From Phoronis australis (taxonomy: Eukaryota > Animalia > Phoronida): a stretch of DNA of 64,000 nt. Shown here piece after piece: positions 1-13,700 of the stretch. Below the pieces are notes generated by a model. That model was not told where the DNA came from. It made no database searches and saw only the letters and a list, made by a program, of their open reading frames with translations. Both the position numbers and the translations under genes were made by a program. The stretch is from contig NMRA01000094.1 of NCBI GenBank assembly GCA_002633005.1, positions 393,714 through 457,713 of the forward strand, given 5' to 3'. Position 1 is the first letter of the stretch. Each line of letters opens with the position of its first letter.

Positions 1-1503
1 ATTTTAGTACATTTGAGGTGCCAAAATGTATAACTAATAAACTGGCTGACAAAGTTTTTATTTTATGCAATGAAAGTAACATGTTTTGTCAACATTTTGG
101 CTAAGTTTCATTCTCATAACAGTGGGGGCAGATTTGGTACAGCAGTGTACTGAACACAACCTCAAAATGGCATAACGGGGGGCAGTGTAGTAAAACTACT
201 AAATGAGGGTGGTAAATCGGAATCGTGTTTCAAAAGACATCTGCGTAACAATCTATAGGCTCCACTAAACAATGCCAAGTGAATACTAAATCAATAGCTT
301 TCATTCAAGGAAAAATATGAACAGTTAAAACTGGACATTTTTTATACCGTGAAAACATGGCTGCGAAGCCGTAAAATGTGTTTGAACCTATAACTTTAGA
401 AAAACGCAATATTTTGAGGAAATATTTTACCGCTGTTTATAGATCCCATAGGACTACATATGTGCCGAATTTGGTGAAAATCGGCTGACCCCCACCTTGC
501 CGCTCATGGTTGGTGCTCTCGTGGACTAGTACTTATATACTTCTGTGTCAAAGTGAAGCCCCTACTAGGTGCTACAGGGGAAGAACCTCCCAGAAAATCT
601 AATGGTGCCTATGCATTGCCATTATGTACCTCGGCGACAACAATTGAAATCTTTCAATAAGTTCTCTCCATATCATCCAAAAATGCCTTCACACAAACTG
701 GCCACTAGGAGGTGCTGCAGTGGTGAAATAAGCACAAAAAATTTAACAGTGCCGGCATATTCACATGATATGCCTTTGTGTCAAGTTTCATTGAGATCTG
801 CCCATCCATCCCATCTTGCCCCCACAACAACACATGAAAATCTCTGTTATCAACAACAAGATGGTCAGTAAGAGCTGCTGCAGTCAAATCTATCTGAAAA
901 TTAAATGTTTCTGGGTCATTGTTATCACACACCTCTGAGACAGAATTCAATGAAATCTGTCAATCCGTTCTCTAAATATAATCCAAATATGCCCCTTACC
1001 CCAAGGGACGGGGAATGTACCCCTGTCCCAAAAAGGCAGGGCATGTCTCCGTGACCCCAAGGGGTGAGGCAGATTGAAAAAAGGCACGAACTACAACCTT
1101 GTGTCAAATTTCATCACAATCTGACCACGGGGGGTTTTTCATATATTGAGCGGACACCCTGACAACCAGAAACCCGGACAAAGTGATGCCAAAATATGAC
1201 CTGATAATGTTGTCGCATAAAAATTCATGCTGTTAAATATTGTTTATAGAAGAGTAGTGAATAACTTTTAAAGTTAAGAATTAGGTGATAAGTCAGCCCA
1301 ACCAGCATGTTAGCACACATATGACTTGTTATGGCAAGAGACATCTCCCTTACTGCAACATGTAATTGACACAACACATGTCAGGCTCACAAGTTAGGTC
1401 ATTGCTGGCGCCCTCCAGCAACTGAACTGAAGGAAGTGAACCACTTTACCAACAAGTTTGTGGCCTCATGTAAGCGTGTAACAAATGAGGGATCAGGACT
1501 TAC

Positions 1504-1734
1504 CACAAACAAAAGGATCTTCAGCATTTGAAGACAGAAATGTCTGCACAGGAAGCAGCCAATCAAAGATGCCCATAAGTCTCATGTCGTTGAGTACAAC
1601 AGTGAAGCGTGTAAGGTCCTGAGTCTCACGGAAGTGCAGCTCCATCTGTAGGTTGGTGTCAGTACCAGACAGTTGGCTCTTATTCGGTTGCATAATACTA
1701 GTAAAGATATTGGGTCTCTGATTGACCGGGAGAT
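1504..1734 (-). CDS. VPS13D: VPS13D coding exon 33 (last one in window)
   Basis: NIFTSIMQP...[33 protein letters not shown]...|gtaagt. Confidence 0.92.
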
Positions 1735-4700
1735 CTGATAATGAGAAAGATGAGACAAGGTCAACTCAGCAAGGACTGAGAATGAACAAAACAAGCAGGC
1801 TTGAATGAGCATCGGCCAAAATAACATGGAGGCTGACTTTGTGCCAAACTTCATTATGATCCTTCAAGCAGTTCTTGAGATAATAAGCAGGATGCTGACT
1901 ATGATACATTTTTGTGAGCGCATAAAATGTTAACGTGACATCAATTATGGAACAAGAGAAATGCCGAGCAGTGAAATGCCCCCATGACTGCACTCCAAAC
2001 GGTATGCTTCAAGGGGTGTTTATTTCCAGCATAAACAAGAGCAACGCGGAGCGTTGAAATGCGGCCACGAATACATTGCAAATGGTGTGCATTTAGGGTT
2101 ATTTATTTGTATCATAAAAATGGCCACTAGATGGTGCAAAAACCATACAATCCATCCAAAAAAAGGAACATGCCATATTTCATTTAAATCTGTCAGAAAA
2201 ACAAAGGAAAACAGAATAAAATGAAATTGCCACTAGTGGGCACAGTGTCCAATGGATCCGCCCGAAAGTCATCGTCGTCTGTTGTTATCTTCACATAAAT
2301 AAACTTACTAAATTTAATAAAGATTTTACAGTGGGTTTAGGAGATACAACTATGGGCACAAAACAAAACTACCACTAGGAGGCGCCACAGTAGTCAAAGT
2401 CATCAGAAAATCATCGTCAGCCGTCCACTTCATAGTAAAAACATACATGCCAATTTTCACAATTATTCTGAAAACGGTTTGGTTGATAGATAAGTGGACG
2501 CCAAAAAACTCGTAAAATCGGCCACTAGGTGGCGCAAACTACATTGAATCCATCTCAAAACGAGAGGATAGTGTCACCTCACTAATAGGTGCCTCCATAC
2601 CAAATTTCATAAAAATCCGTTATAAACTTTTGAAGATACAAAGGTAAGCGTAAAAAACTAAAATTGCCACTAGGGGGCACACCGGTAGTCTGATCCATCC
2701 GAAAGTTCACTCATGCCTTCCCATTCATGAATGGAACACGTGAGCCGAATTTCATGAACCTATGTTGAAGAGTTTTGGAGATAGAGCAGCGGACGCCGGA
2801 CGAACGCCGGAAGGACAGACGCCGGACGGACGGAGATGACGGCATAATGCATCCACATATAAACATGTGGGCACATAAAAATGGCCATTAAATGGCAAAG
2901 AATAAATTGAACCAATCCAAAAATGGGAAGGTGTCATCGTCTCTCAAAATTATTTGCCAAATTTCACGAAAATACGCCAAAGAACCCCAAAAATATCAAG
3001 GCAAATGTAGAAAACAAACTGCCATTAAGAACCACAGAGGTAGTCGAATCCGTCCAGCAGTAGTCAAATCCGTCCATCTACTGTCAAGTTAATTACAAAA
3101 TTTCAAAAACATCTTGCATGGGGTTTAAGCAATACCACAGTAGCTGAGCACATCTGAAAATCCATCTCAGTCATGCTCACGTCAGTAGGAACATACCTGC
3201 CAATTTTCATAATGATGAACAGTTTGACAGATACGGATTGAAGCAGACGACAAAAAACAGACTAAAAATAATTAAAACCACCACTAGAAGGTGCAAAACA
3301 TGTCGAATCCATTACAAAAAGGAAAGGTGCTGTTGTGTTCCTAATAGAAATTTGTTTCATGAAAAAGCATCAAGGGACTCTAAAGTTACAGAGGTAAACG
3401 TAAAAAATAAAATTGCCACTAGGGAGCACAGCTGTAGTTGGATGGGTCTGAAACTGGCCGTTCTCTGTTGCGACCTCTATAGGAACCCATCTGCTAAATT
3501 TCAGAAAGATCTTACCAAGGGTTAAGGAAATACAGCAAAAAAATTGGCAGTAAAGAGAGCCAGAGTAGTTGAACACATCAGCCTTGGTCTTCTCATCAGA
3601 AACACATCTTCAAATTTTAATGAACCTTCAAGCGGTTTGGTCAATGGAGAGGGTGATGTAAAAAACGTACTCAAAAATTTTTTAAATGGCCACCGAGTGG
3701 TGCAGAATAAGTCAACTCCGCCCGAAAATGAGAAGGCATCGTCATCTCCTTATTAATAGAAACCTATAGCAAAATTTTATGATAATAAAAATGGCCACTA
3801 TTTGTCAAATCTATCCGAAAACTGGAACCTGTCAACTCTTTAATAGAAACCTATTCATTAAATTATTGATAAAATCTGCCAGAGTTTCAAAGATACAGAG
3901 GACAACGAAAAAAATAAAATTGTCACTACCAGGCACAGCTGTAGTCGGAACCATCCAAATGTCGTTGTCCATTGCCAACTTCATATAAATACACTTGCCA
4001 AATTTAATAAACATCCTACAGAGGGTTTGGGAGATACAGCCAGACACAAAAAATGCCACTAGGAAGCGCCATAGTAGTCCGAGTTGCCCAAAAATCATCA
4101 GCCGTCATCTTCACAGCATAAACGCCCAATTTTCAAAAACATCCTTCGAGTGGTTTGGTTCATAGAGGGGCGGATGCCAAAAACCCACTAGAAAACAGAA
4201 AAATGATCACTAGATGGCGCAAAATACATCCGAAAACGCAATCATGTCATTGTTTCTTTAATAGAAAGCTAATAACCAAATTTCAAAACAATCTGCCAAG
4301 GAACTTCAGAGAATCACAGGAAAACTGAAAAAATGAAATTGCCACTAGGGGGCACAGCGTTCATAAGTTGCTGTCTGTTGTCAACTTCATATAAATACAC
4401 TAGTTAAATGTAATAAAAATCCTGCAGACGGTTTAAGAGATAATGCAATGGGCCCCCCAAAAAAAAAACAAAACTGCCACTAGTAGGCACCACAGTATTC
4501 GATGTCATCAGAAAATCGTCGTCAGCCATCTCCTTCACAGAAAGAACTTATATGCCAATTTTCACAATCATCCTTAAAGTGGTTAGGTTGATAGAAGGGC
4601 AGATACCAAAAAACTCGAAAACAGTAAAAATGGCCACGAGGTGGCGCAAAATACCTCGAATCCATCTGAAAATGGGACCTTAAAGATAGCATCATCTCAC

Positions 4701-7700
4701 CAATAAATGCCTATCTGCCAAACTTTATAAAAATCCATTGAGGACAATTGAAGATACAGAGGTAAACGTATAAAACTAAAATTGCCACAAGGGGGCACAC
4801 TGGTAGTCAGACCCATCCGAAAGTTTTCTTATGCCATCCAATCAATGAAAGGAACACGTGAAAAATTTCATGAACATACATCAAAGGGTTTTGGAGATAG
4901 AGCAGCGGACACCAGATGGACACCGGACGGGTGGACAGGGATGACGGCATAATGTATCCACATATAATTATGTGGGTGCATAAAAATAATGACTACATAA
5001 CATTTTGACATTAACTGTTTACCTCTAAAACGAGTGTCTTTCATGTGTATTGCTAAAGACACAAGGTCAATGTCTTTGGACTGGTCGGAGAAGGATTCAA
5101 AGGACAAACGTGACTTTTGGAAGTCAAGTCTGGCCAGAGATTTTTCATTTGTGATTGCTGAGTCGTGTGAGGTTAGCAGTTCAACCGTGACATTGTTAAG
5201 AAAAACTTCAAATGAGTTGACCTTCCACACATCTCCACTGAGTACAGTCTGAAACAAGTCATGTGATAATAATGAAATGAACACTTACAACAATTTCAAC
5301 AACTGAAGAGTATGAATATCTAAAGTATTCAGTACAAATTCCTTGCAATTAACAACATTATTCAGTCACATACATTGAGTTGACTAGACAATAAACGGTC
5401 ACTTAAGGACGGTGCAATTAACAACATTATTCAGTCACATACATTGAGTTGACTAGACAATAAACGGTCACTTAAGGACGGTGCAATTAACAACATTATT
5501 CAGTCACATACATTGAGTTGACTAGACAATAAACGGTCACTTAAGGACGGTGCAATTAACAACATTATTCAGTCACATACATTGAGTTGACTAGACAATA
5601 AACGGTCACTTAAGGACGGTGCAATTAACAACATTATTCAGTCACATACATTGAGTTGACTAGACAATAAACGGTCACTTAAGGACGGTGCAATTAACAA
5701 CATTATTCAGTCACATACATTGAGTTGACTAGACAATAAACGGTCACTTAAGGACGGTGCAATTAACAACATTATTCAGTCACATACATTGAGTTGACTA
5801 GACAATAAACGGTCACTTAAGGACGGTTGAACAAGTAGTAACAACAAATGAGGACACACAGGAGAACAGTGACCAAAAATAAATCTAACACTGAGGCAAT
5901 TTACTTTTGAAAAATAGTTGTACCATATTTTAAAAAAGAGATCCTTTTGCTCTTAGTAAGTGGTCTGGATTAATGGTTCATTTTACTTGTCAGCAACTAT
6001 TGAAGAGACGGCATCATTCACCTGTATTCTAGGATCCTGCAGGTGAGACATCAAGGGCTGCCGGAACTGTTCCAGTGGCTCACCCAGGTTGTGACTGAGA
6101 ACACCACGGATGAGGCGGTACTGATTAACATCCAGTGAACAATGGACAGACGAGAGCTCACCCATCACAGCTAGGTCAGGTACAGCATGGCTTAGATCAT
6201 TGGCAAGGTTACGTTCCAGTTGCAGATTCAACATGCACTTGCGCTTCAGCAGTGGAATGTTCTGGAAACAGTATTGTATGTAGGTGCATTGTGGGAGAAA
6301 TAGACCTGACTGGCTGGACTCATCATATCTATCAGGTTAAAAGTGTCCATTGCATGAGAGAAATACTAGGTAAATAAAATAACTGATCTACAAATTAAGA
6401 ATAAACACAAGCTTGAGCAAAAAGTCAACTGAACCAAAAACAAAATGACAAAATTATGGAGAAAACGCATCGTGTGGTTCAATAGTTGTCCAGAGAATAA
6501 TTCATTAGATTGACAACAATGATGTAGTGGAGTCAACTCCCCATGACAATGAGATGCATAGCTGGGACAATACTCCCCCAGGCACTAAATAAGCTCCTGG
6601 TAATAATGGAATCTGGAAATGCTTTTTGTTACATGAATGCTTTTCGTCATCAACGTTAAGCAATCAGTTTATTCAATTCTACTATAAAGATAAAGACCAG
6701 AGTACAGGGCTGACAACCCAGTAACATAACTTGTAACCTTCATGCAAAAAATCTGTATATTGTGAGTGGAAACTTGACTGATTTCCAACATTTTCACGAG
6801 CTTTAAATTTCAACCAAAATATGGCATGATAGCTGCGATTGGCAAATAAAAATTAGTAGCTCCATTACATATCACTCCAAACCACAAAATTAGCAAAATT
6901 AAAAAAGTCACAATGTTTGTCACTTATGGTAACAATTCTTTCACTCAAATTTACGTAAATCTAAAGTGGTTGCCACAGTGGGAATCATCATGGTTCCTGC
7001 TTTCAGCATAAATCCACTTTTACAGAAACAAATAAAAGAATAATGCTAAAATACGAAACATTCCCAATTACGTTAATAGTCCCCTCGTTGTTTCAGTTTG
7101 ATAATGAATAAAATCACATTGACCAGTGCAGGCTCAAGTGATGTCTTATTCAAATCAATGTCGTAAGTACGAGCAAGCATCTCACAGTTTTGCATTATTG
7201 GACCATACCTGGCGTCTCACAAAGAAATCCCTGAACACCATATCTTGGCTCGTTGCTGTAGACATGTCAGTGAATCTCTCAGCAGAATACAGGTCCATGT
7301 CAGTAAGTTTCACTTCCCACACATCTAAGAGGCAAATATCATCAGACGATCGCGACCTGTCCAGACGAACATTGGAGATATTAGACAGTACAATCTGTCC
7401 TGGCATCTTGCTGAACTTTCCTGCACCAATGCGTCTCATGGGTGGGGACAACCGTGCCATATTACCATCATCTACTGTAAACACCATTTCTGAACTGGTA
7501 TCCAGGGACTCTTCCCTGGAGTCCTGTTCCAGATTACCATAGATACTTTGCGTCATCGGATCAGATGTTGACATAGCAACATGGGCATCAGCTTTGGGAA
7601 CGTTCTGAGAATTCGCTGAAAGATCCTTCAACTTCCTGTCACGAATCGTTCCCTCACTGCCATCCAACAGGAAGACATTGTGAACGGAGAGGGTGCCGAG

Positions 7701-10700
7701 ATTGGCGACTAGAATGTCTGTGGACCGTGAACTGTGAGGAATGAGTATGACGGGAGCACCGGCCTCAATGTCCAGTAACATACGAACATTCAGTGTAGCT
7801 GACTCCTTCACCTACAACAAAGGGACAATGATCAATAACAGCTACTTAGTGAAAAGCCATTCACACATAGTAATATCAACAACCATCAAACTATATTTGA
7901 TCACACAGCCAGGATTTCTATAGAAACTGAAGGTTCCAGGTCTTCCTTCACATTAAACAATCTGTCAATTTGTCTCACCTTGTAATTTGTCAGTAGATTG
8001 GTACAAGAGCCGTTGTTTTCAAGACACATAAGGTTCTTTTGTGTAGAGCAGAGCAATAGGTCACTTGCGAGTTTCAAGTTAGTCAATGTGACGTAACCGG
8101 AAGGATGGCAAAACCTGCCATATTGTTCTTGTTTTGCCCCAAGTCTTTGCTACACACGCAAAATCTTACTGGAGTTCTTATGGTGAATTTTACGCTTAAG
8201 ACATTAACACAATTTAAGAGATGGGTAGATGGATCATGGAATAACTATGAATGGACGAAGAAAATGTTAACTTGTTATGTTGTGCGAAGCTGTGAACGGA
8301 CTGAAATTGGAACTCGACCCAGTCTAGGCTTGAATGCCGCAGGCATACAGGGGCGATAGTATATCCCCATAAAAAGTTACTCATTCAAAATACAGCAAAT
8401 AAAATCAATTGAAACATGCATATGTGCACACAGAGTTATAATTACCACATACCCTGACTCTGGATACAATTAAGTCTACAAATAACTTGAACATATCTAA
8501 TATGAAAACCTCGTGGTTCGCTTGAGTTTCTCTCACCGGGCGCCATTTTGTGGAAGTTAAATCAAATCACGCCTGTTGACAAACAAAAAGTCCAAGGGAC
8601 ACAAATCTTACAAACTTCACTTGATATTTTCCCCATGCTATTGTGCAAGTGTCACGAGCCAGGTCACGCGCCAGGTCACGTGCTTCGCTCAGTCTCGCGC
8701 TAGCCTTTGCCACATACTCATCTGACTCAGTTGAAATACTTTGTGGTTATCGCGCGCACGGTTAAAGCTAACAGTAACCAAAAAGTGGAGTTGGAATTCT
8801 TTGCCAAAGTCACCTGAATTCCAGTAGCTATGCTTCATCGAAGACATGTTTAGAAGCAGAAAGGATCACTGAAGAAAGCACGCGCCTTTTTAGGTGATAA
8901 TTTTAGGTGCAAAATGTATTTTTGACGTGGTGAAAACTTAATCAGTGAGCGGATTTCGCCTACCGCCCATTTAAAATACACAGAACGAAATTAGTACAGA
9001 ACGAGATGGAACGTATTGTAGTGCAAATCTGAATTTCATTTGTCATAACAGCAATGCCAGTTTGGCATTTTTCACACTAAAAGATTAAAAACTCGAATTA
9101 AACAACAGAATACACTCTGCTACCCTATCGGGCAAATGGCCACACGACAAGCTTTTGCCCCACTTCCCGTGACGTCACAGTTAAGTCTCACATAATCTCG
9201 CGTTATTGTTATAAACTCGCAAATGACAACACTTCACGACAATAAAACACTGGCTAAAATAATGATATACTGTGTACTAAAACTGTTTGGCTTATAGAAC
9301 TGAATTCCTCATAAAAAGTTAAGATAGGATCATTAATAGGAGATGAATTAGCCAAAATAGAAGAAGTAGGTTTTGGTTGATACAAGGTACTGTAACAGTT
9401 CTATTTGGTTTTAGTAAAAGTCTTTGAATCTTAGTAGACAATTGTCCGAGTCATGATGGATAAATCACTGCAAGAACAGCTAACAGACAGATCTAGATTT
9501 AGCCTCAATTTGGAAATCTTTGAAGTTTAAAGTTAAATAAAATTTAAAAAGTTCAAAATGTCAATAATACCAGGAAGCCATGTATTGCTTCATTCTGTTC
9601 TCGTCTCCATACAGTACCTTAATTCCCGTGGAAGCAGCCCTCATTTGTCCTAGAATGTCTTGAAGCTGGTTGAAGTGTTGAACAAAGGCAATCATCTCTT
9701 GCATGAACCTATGAGTGTGTGTATACCACACAGCACTCACACGAATCTTGATCTTGGCATCAAACTCTCGACTGAGGTCAAGGTCAGGCAGACCATACCT
9801 GCAATGTGCGGATTAAAACGTTCTTTACACAGCACCATTCACTTATAGAAATTGTGTGGCCAACTCTGCCTTGTGAATTCGTAATGTCCATAATGTACTA
9901 GCAGTTAAGACAATTAACAAAAATGAAACTCACTTGAAGATGTCAAAGTTGAGAGCTTCGTCACCTACTGTGACAAACTTCTCTGAATACATGCGTCCAT
10001 GTGGTGATGCGTCAACAATCGATACCTGCCCAATGGTGCCTTTCAAACCCACGTCACCATCCTCCAAGTTCACGTGAGCATCTAGCCCAGACAAGCTAGC
10101 CTTGGCCAGCTCATAGGATCCTTTATTAAGGATAATTGAAAATCGTTCAACTTTCAGCTTCAGCTCTGTGTTGGAGTCTTCTTCACTCTCCTGGGACACT
10201 ACGGATGATGAACTTCTCTGTTTCAAGTTATCGAGGTCGTGAACTTTGGCACCCATGCCCAGAAAGTCAAGCAAGACCACCCATGTTTGAAGGTTGACGG
10301 TTGTTTCAAGACACTTGAAATCAACATCCACAAACTTCTTGCTCTAGAGAATTGATGAATTTCAAGATAATGTTATTAACAGAACTTGAAGCATTTCCTT
10401 CCATAATTAAAGCCATTAAATAATAAAAACATTGTCCTTATTTTTCACTTTTACCATAACCTTACCATACTATAGTTATGTCTTTGTTAGTGTGTTGTAC
10501 TGTGTCGCATTGCATTGTTTTGTGAATTGTCGTGACGGTTGTTAAATAAATCAATCAAATTACCCTCAGCTTTCAATTTGCAAGAGATTACTTATCATTC
10601 AGAGGACACAGCGAAAGCAAGGAGTGTAGCAGTACTAGTACACTCCTTGGCGAAAGGATGTTGTGGCACTGCACACACCTTGAAAAGATTGTCCAATATA

Positions 10701-13700
10701 TTCTTTATTCAACTGGGCAGACAGTACAGCACGAGCCTCCCAGACAAACTTTATCAAGCCATCTTATTTCACATACAGACACCAACCTTGTGACTGACAC
10801 CTTCTCTCCAGGGACAATTTCTTTCTACGATTAAGGCACTGATGTTTATCAACGGACTTTGACTACAGTCTTCCATGTCTATATGAGGCTGGCTCTCAGC
10901 TGGACTTGGGGGAGGCGTGTTCGGATGGAGCAGACTAGTGGACAAGACATGGTGATAGAATAAGATACAGCAACAACTACTTTAAATTTGTTATTTAATT
11001 ACTGACAACTGTGTTTCACTTTTCATTTATAAACAGTAATGTACTATAAAATTGAGAGTTACAAAGAAATGAAATGCTCTATAAAATACATAAAACTAGT
11101 AAAATTACACGATACACCTTCAACATGTACCTTGTTTGTTTACTCAACAGAGGCAATCCTGGACCACTAGCCACATTTCGACCATCAAACGCACTATTCC
11201 ACTTCAAGCTGGATGGTAACGACGACGGCATCTCAGGATAGCGTACAGGAATCCTGCTGTCGGGACATGATGTTGACAGAAATGACTTTGGAGGGGTGGT
11301 GGTGCCCCGTGCCTTACGACTGCTCTGTGTGGATGAGTACATTATACGGCGATGTTTAGAGCTCGGATCTTGTAACAGATCCTCCATAATGAGACTTTGT
11401 AGACTGACTTGAAGTGATGTCTCATATTTGTTCCCCTTCTCCAGGGTGACCCTGAACTCATTGAGCGACAGGTCAACAAGTCCCTGGTCATGCCCCTCAC
11501 CAAAGTCTCCCTGCAGCTCAACACTGACAGCAGGCACTTCAAAGTTAGCCTTGGTTATGGTGGTGTTCTCCAGCTCATCCACTGTGCTCATGATAGTCGT
11601 ACGACGATGCTGGTCCTGCACATAATTAGATAACTCAGACTCTGATTGAGAAGGAGATTTCTTAATCGCCAAGTTGTCTTTTGTCTTCAGAATCTGTTCG
11701 TACGTCTGCTTAGTCAGGACTATTTTCAGAGGCGTAATGATACGCCCGCTGATCTCCATTACAGTAGAAGGAGGCCTTTGCCTGGTAGTAATGTCCTCTT
11801 TCTTGAATAAGCCTTCCATTGAGAAGCTTTCATCATTTAACAACTTGGGCTCTGTCCACTGCACTTTAATCTCCAGTGCAGTGTCATGGATAATGGGCAC
11901 TCCCATATCCTTACCAGAATACAAGTCGAAGTGTGCTTGAGATATGCTAACATCAACACAGTCTTCCTTATTACTATACTTGGACAAGTCAACAGCATAA
12001 AGATTCATATCACGTATCTCAATATTCATACAGTCCTGCTTCTCTGTACAACCTCTTTCCCATTCAGGTGACATGTCGTCCTCGTGCTCCATGTTCTGTA
12101 TACGGATGCGTCCCAAGTGAGCCACCAACACCTCCAAACTTGTTGTTTCTTTCGGTATGAGAATGACGGGCGTTTGACAACTGACATCTATTTTAAACTT
12201 TGTCTGGGGGTTGGTTTCCTCATGCAACACACCCTCTTTTTCTTCCTCTTCAAACACAACAGACTCAATCAAGTGAGCGGTTGTGTCTATTTTTTTCTTC
12301 GGTGACTCGTATAAGCTGACATTACTCCCAAACATCTGAGAGCCCAGGATATCGCCTGTTCGCTTATTGACTATTTTACTGGCCATTTCCACAGCTGCTT
12401 GACTGACTGCAGATGCTATCCCTTTGAAGAAGTCTTGAAATCCTTGTAGACACAGTTCAAGGTCATATAAGAAATTTGGCGAGTGTGTGTAGCACAACGA
12501 TGCCACCTGTAGGTTAACAGTGACAACTTCATCCTGCACATCATCAGCTATGGACTGATTGGCTAGGCTGATGGCAGAGTGAAATAAGCCAGGGTTTATG
12601 TCAGTCTCTTGTTGCTTCACTACACAGAATGTGAAAGCCCTGTTCTCTGTGTCTGTCATACTCATCAACATGGACTCAGACAAAGCAGTCTTAAACATCC
12701 CAGGATGAGGCTGACCAAGAAAAGAATGGGAAAGGTCACCCAAGGGGTCGCAGCCAACGCTGAACACCTTATGATAGGTGGCACCTTCTTGAGTGAGATC
12801 AGTCACTTGCAAGCCTCCCAAGGATCCATCGACAAGTAGATGCTCTCCTGCAAAATATGCACATGATACGATCCGTCAAGTACGTACTAAAAAATAAGAA
12901 TTTTTGCTTTAACCAGGGCTTGGAATGACCAATGACAAAAAACGCGGAAACTTTGAAACTTTTACAGCCCAAATCATGCCCGATAACCAGCCTTGAAATG
13001 GTCAATGTGAACCTTTCCCCGACAAAAATCGGGAGGACTAAAAAAAAAAAAAACAAAAAAAAACCAACAAAAAAAAAACGTTACCGCCATCAGTAGCATG
13101 CGTCTGCGTCCTTTTAGCTCGCCCGTCCACTCCCAACCCACACATTTTTGGCTGCAGAGCGGTAGTATTTGTCGCCGCGCTTAACAATAACACGAGACGC
13201 CATTGAAAATCCCACCACGCTGTCCCAGCAATGTTGACAATTTACGTTCCTCCAAAACATAAAGAGCAACTTCCGCTTTTCGAGGTAAACGTCGTCTGCA
13301 ACGCGCGGTAAGAAAGGAATTTGCCGCAGAAATTTTTTATCAAATCTGATTTTTTTACGCGGAAATATTATAAAAAAGCAGAAAGCACATTTGAAAAAAG
13401 CAGAAATCCGCGTTTCCGCGGAAAATTCCAAGCCCTGTTTAACAGTTTTCATCAAATTCTCAATCCTTTATTTCATTCGGAATAGCACAAAACATGTATT
13501 CCTCAGGTTGGACCAGTATGCTGAAAGTTTCCTTAGACACAAATAAAATAACAGCAATGCATGAAGAAGTTACCTACCCAGAGTACACTGGATTTTTGCA
13601 TCAACTAGTGTTGCCGTGGCAACTTTGACAGCTACTGTTTCATTTGGTTGACGATGGTCCAGTCTCATCAGTAATACATTCAAACGATGGAAGTCTGCGT

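Noticed and set aside
2121-4800. CRISPR-like array of a conserved word with spacers
   Set aside because: Spacers are homologous to each other, ~130 bp long, in a eukaryotic intron with no cas genes
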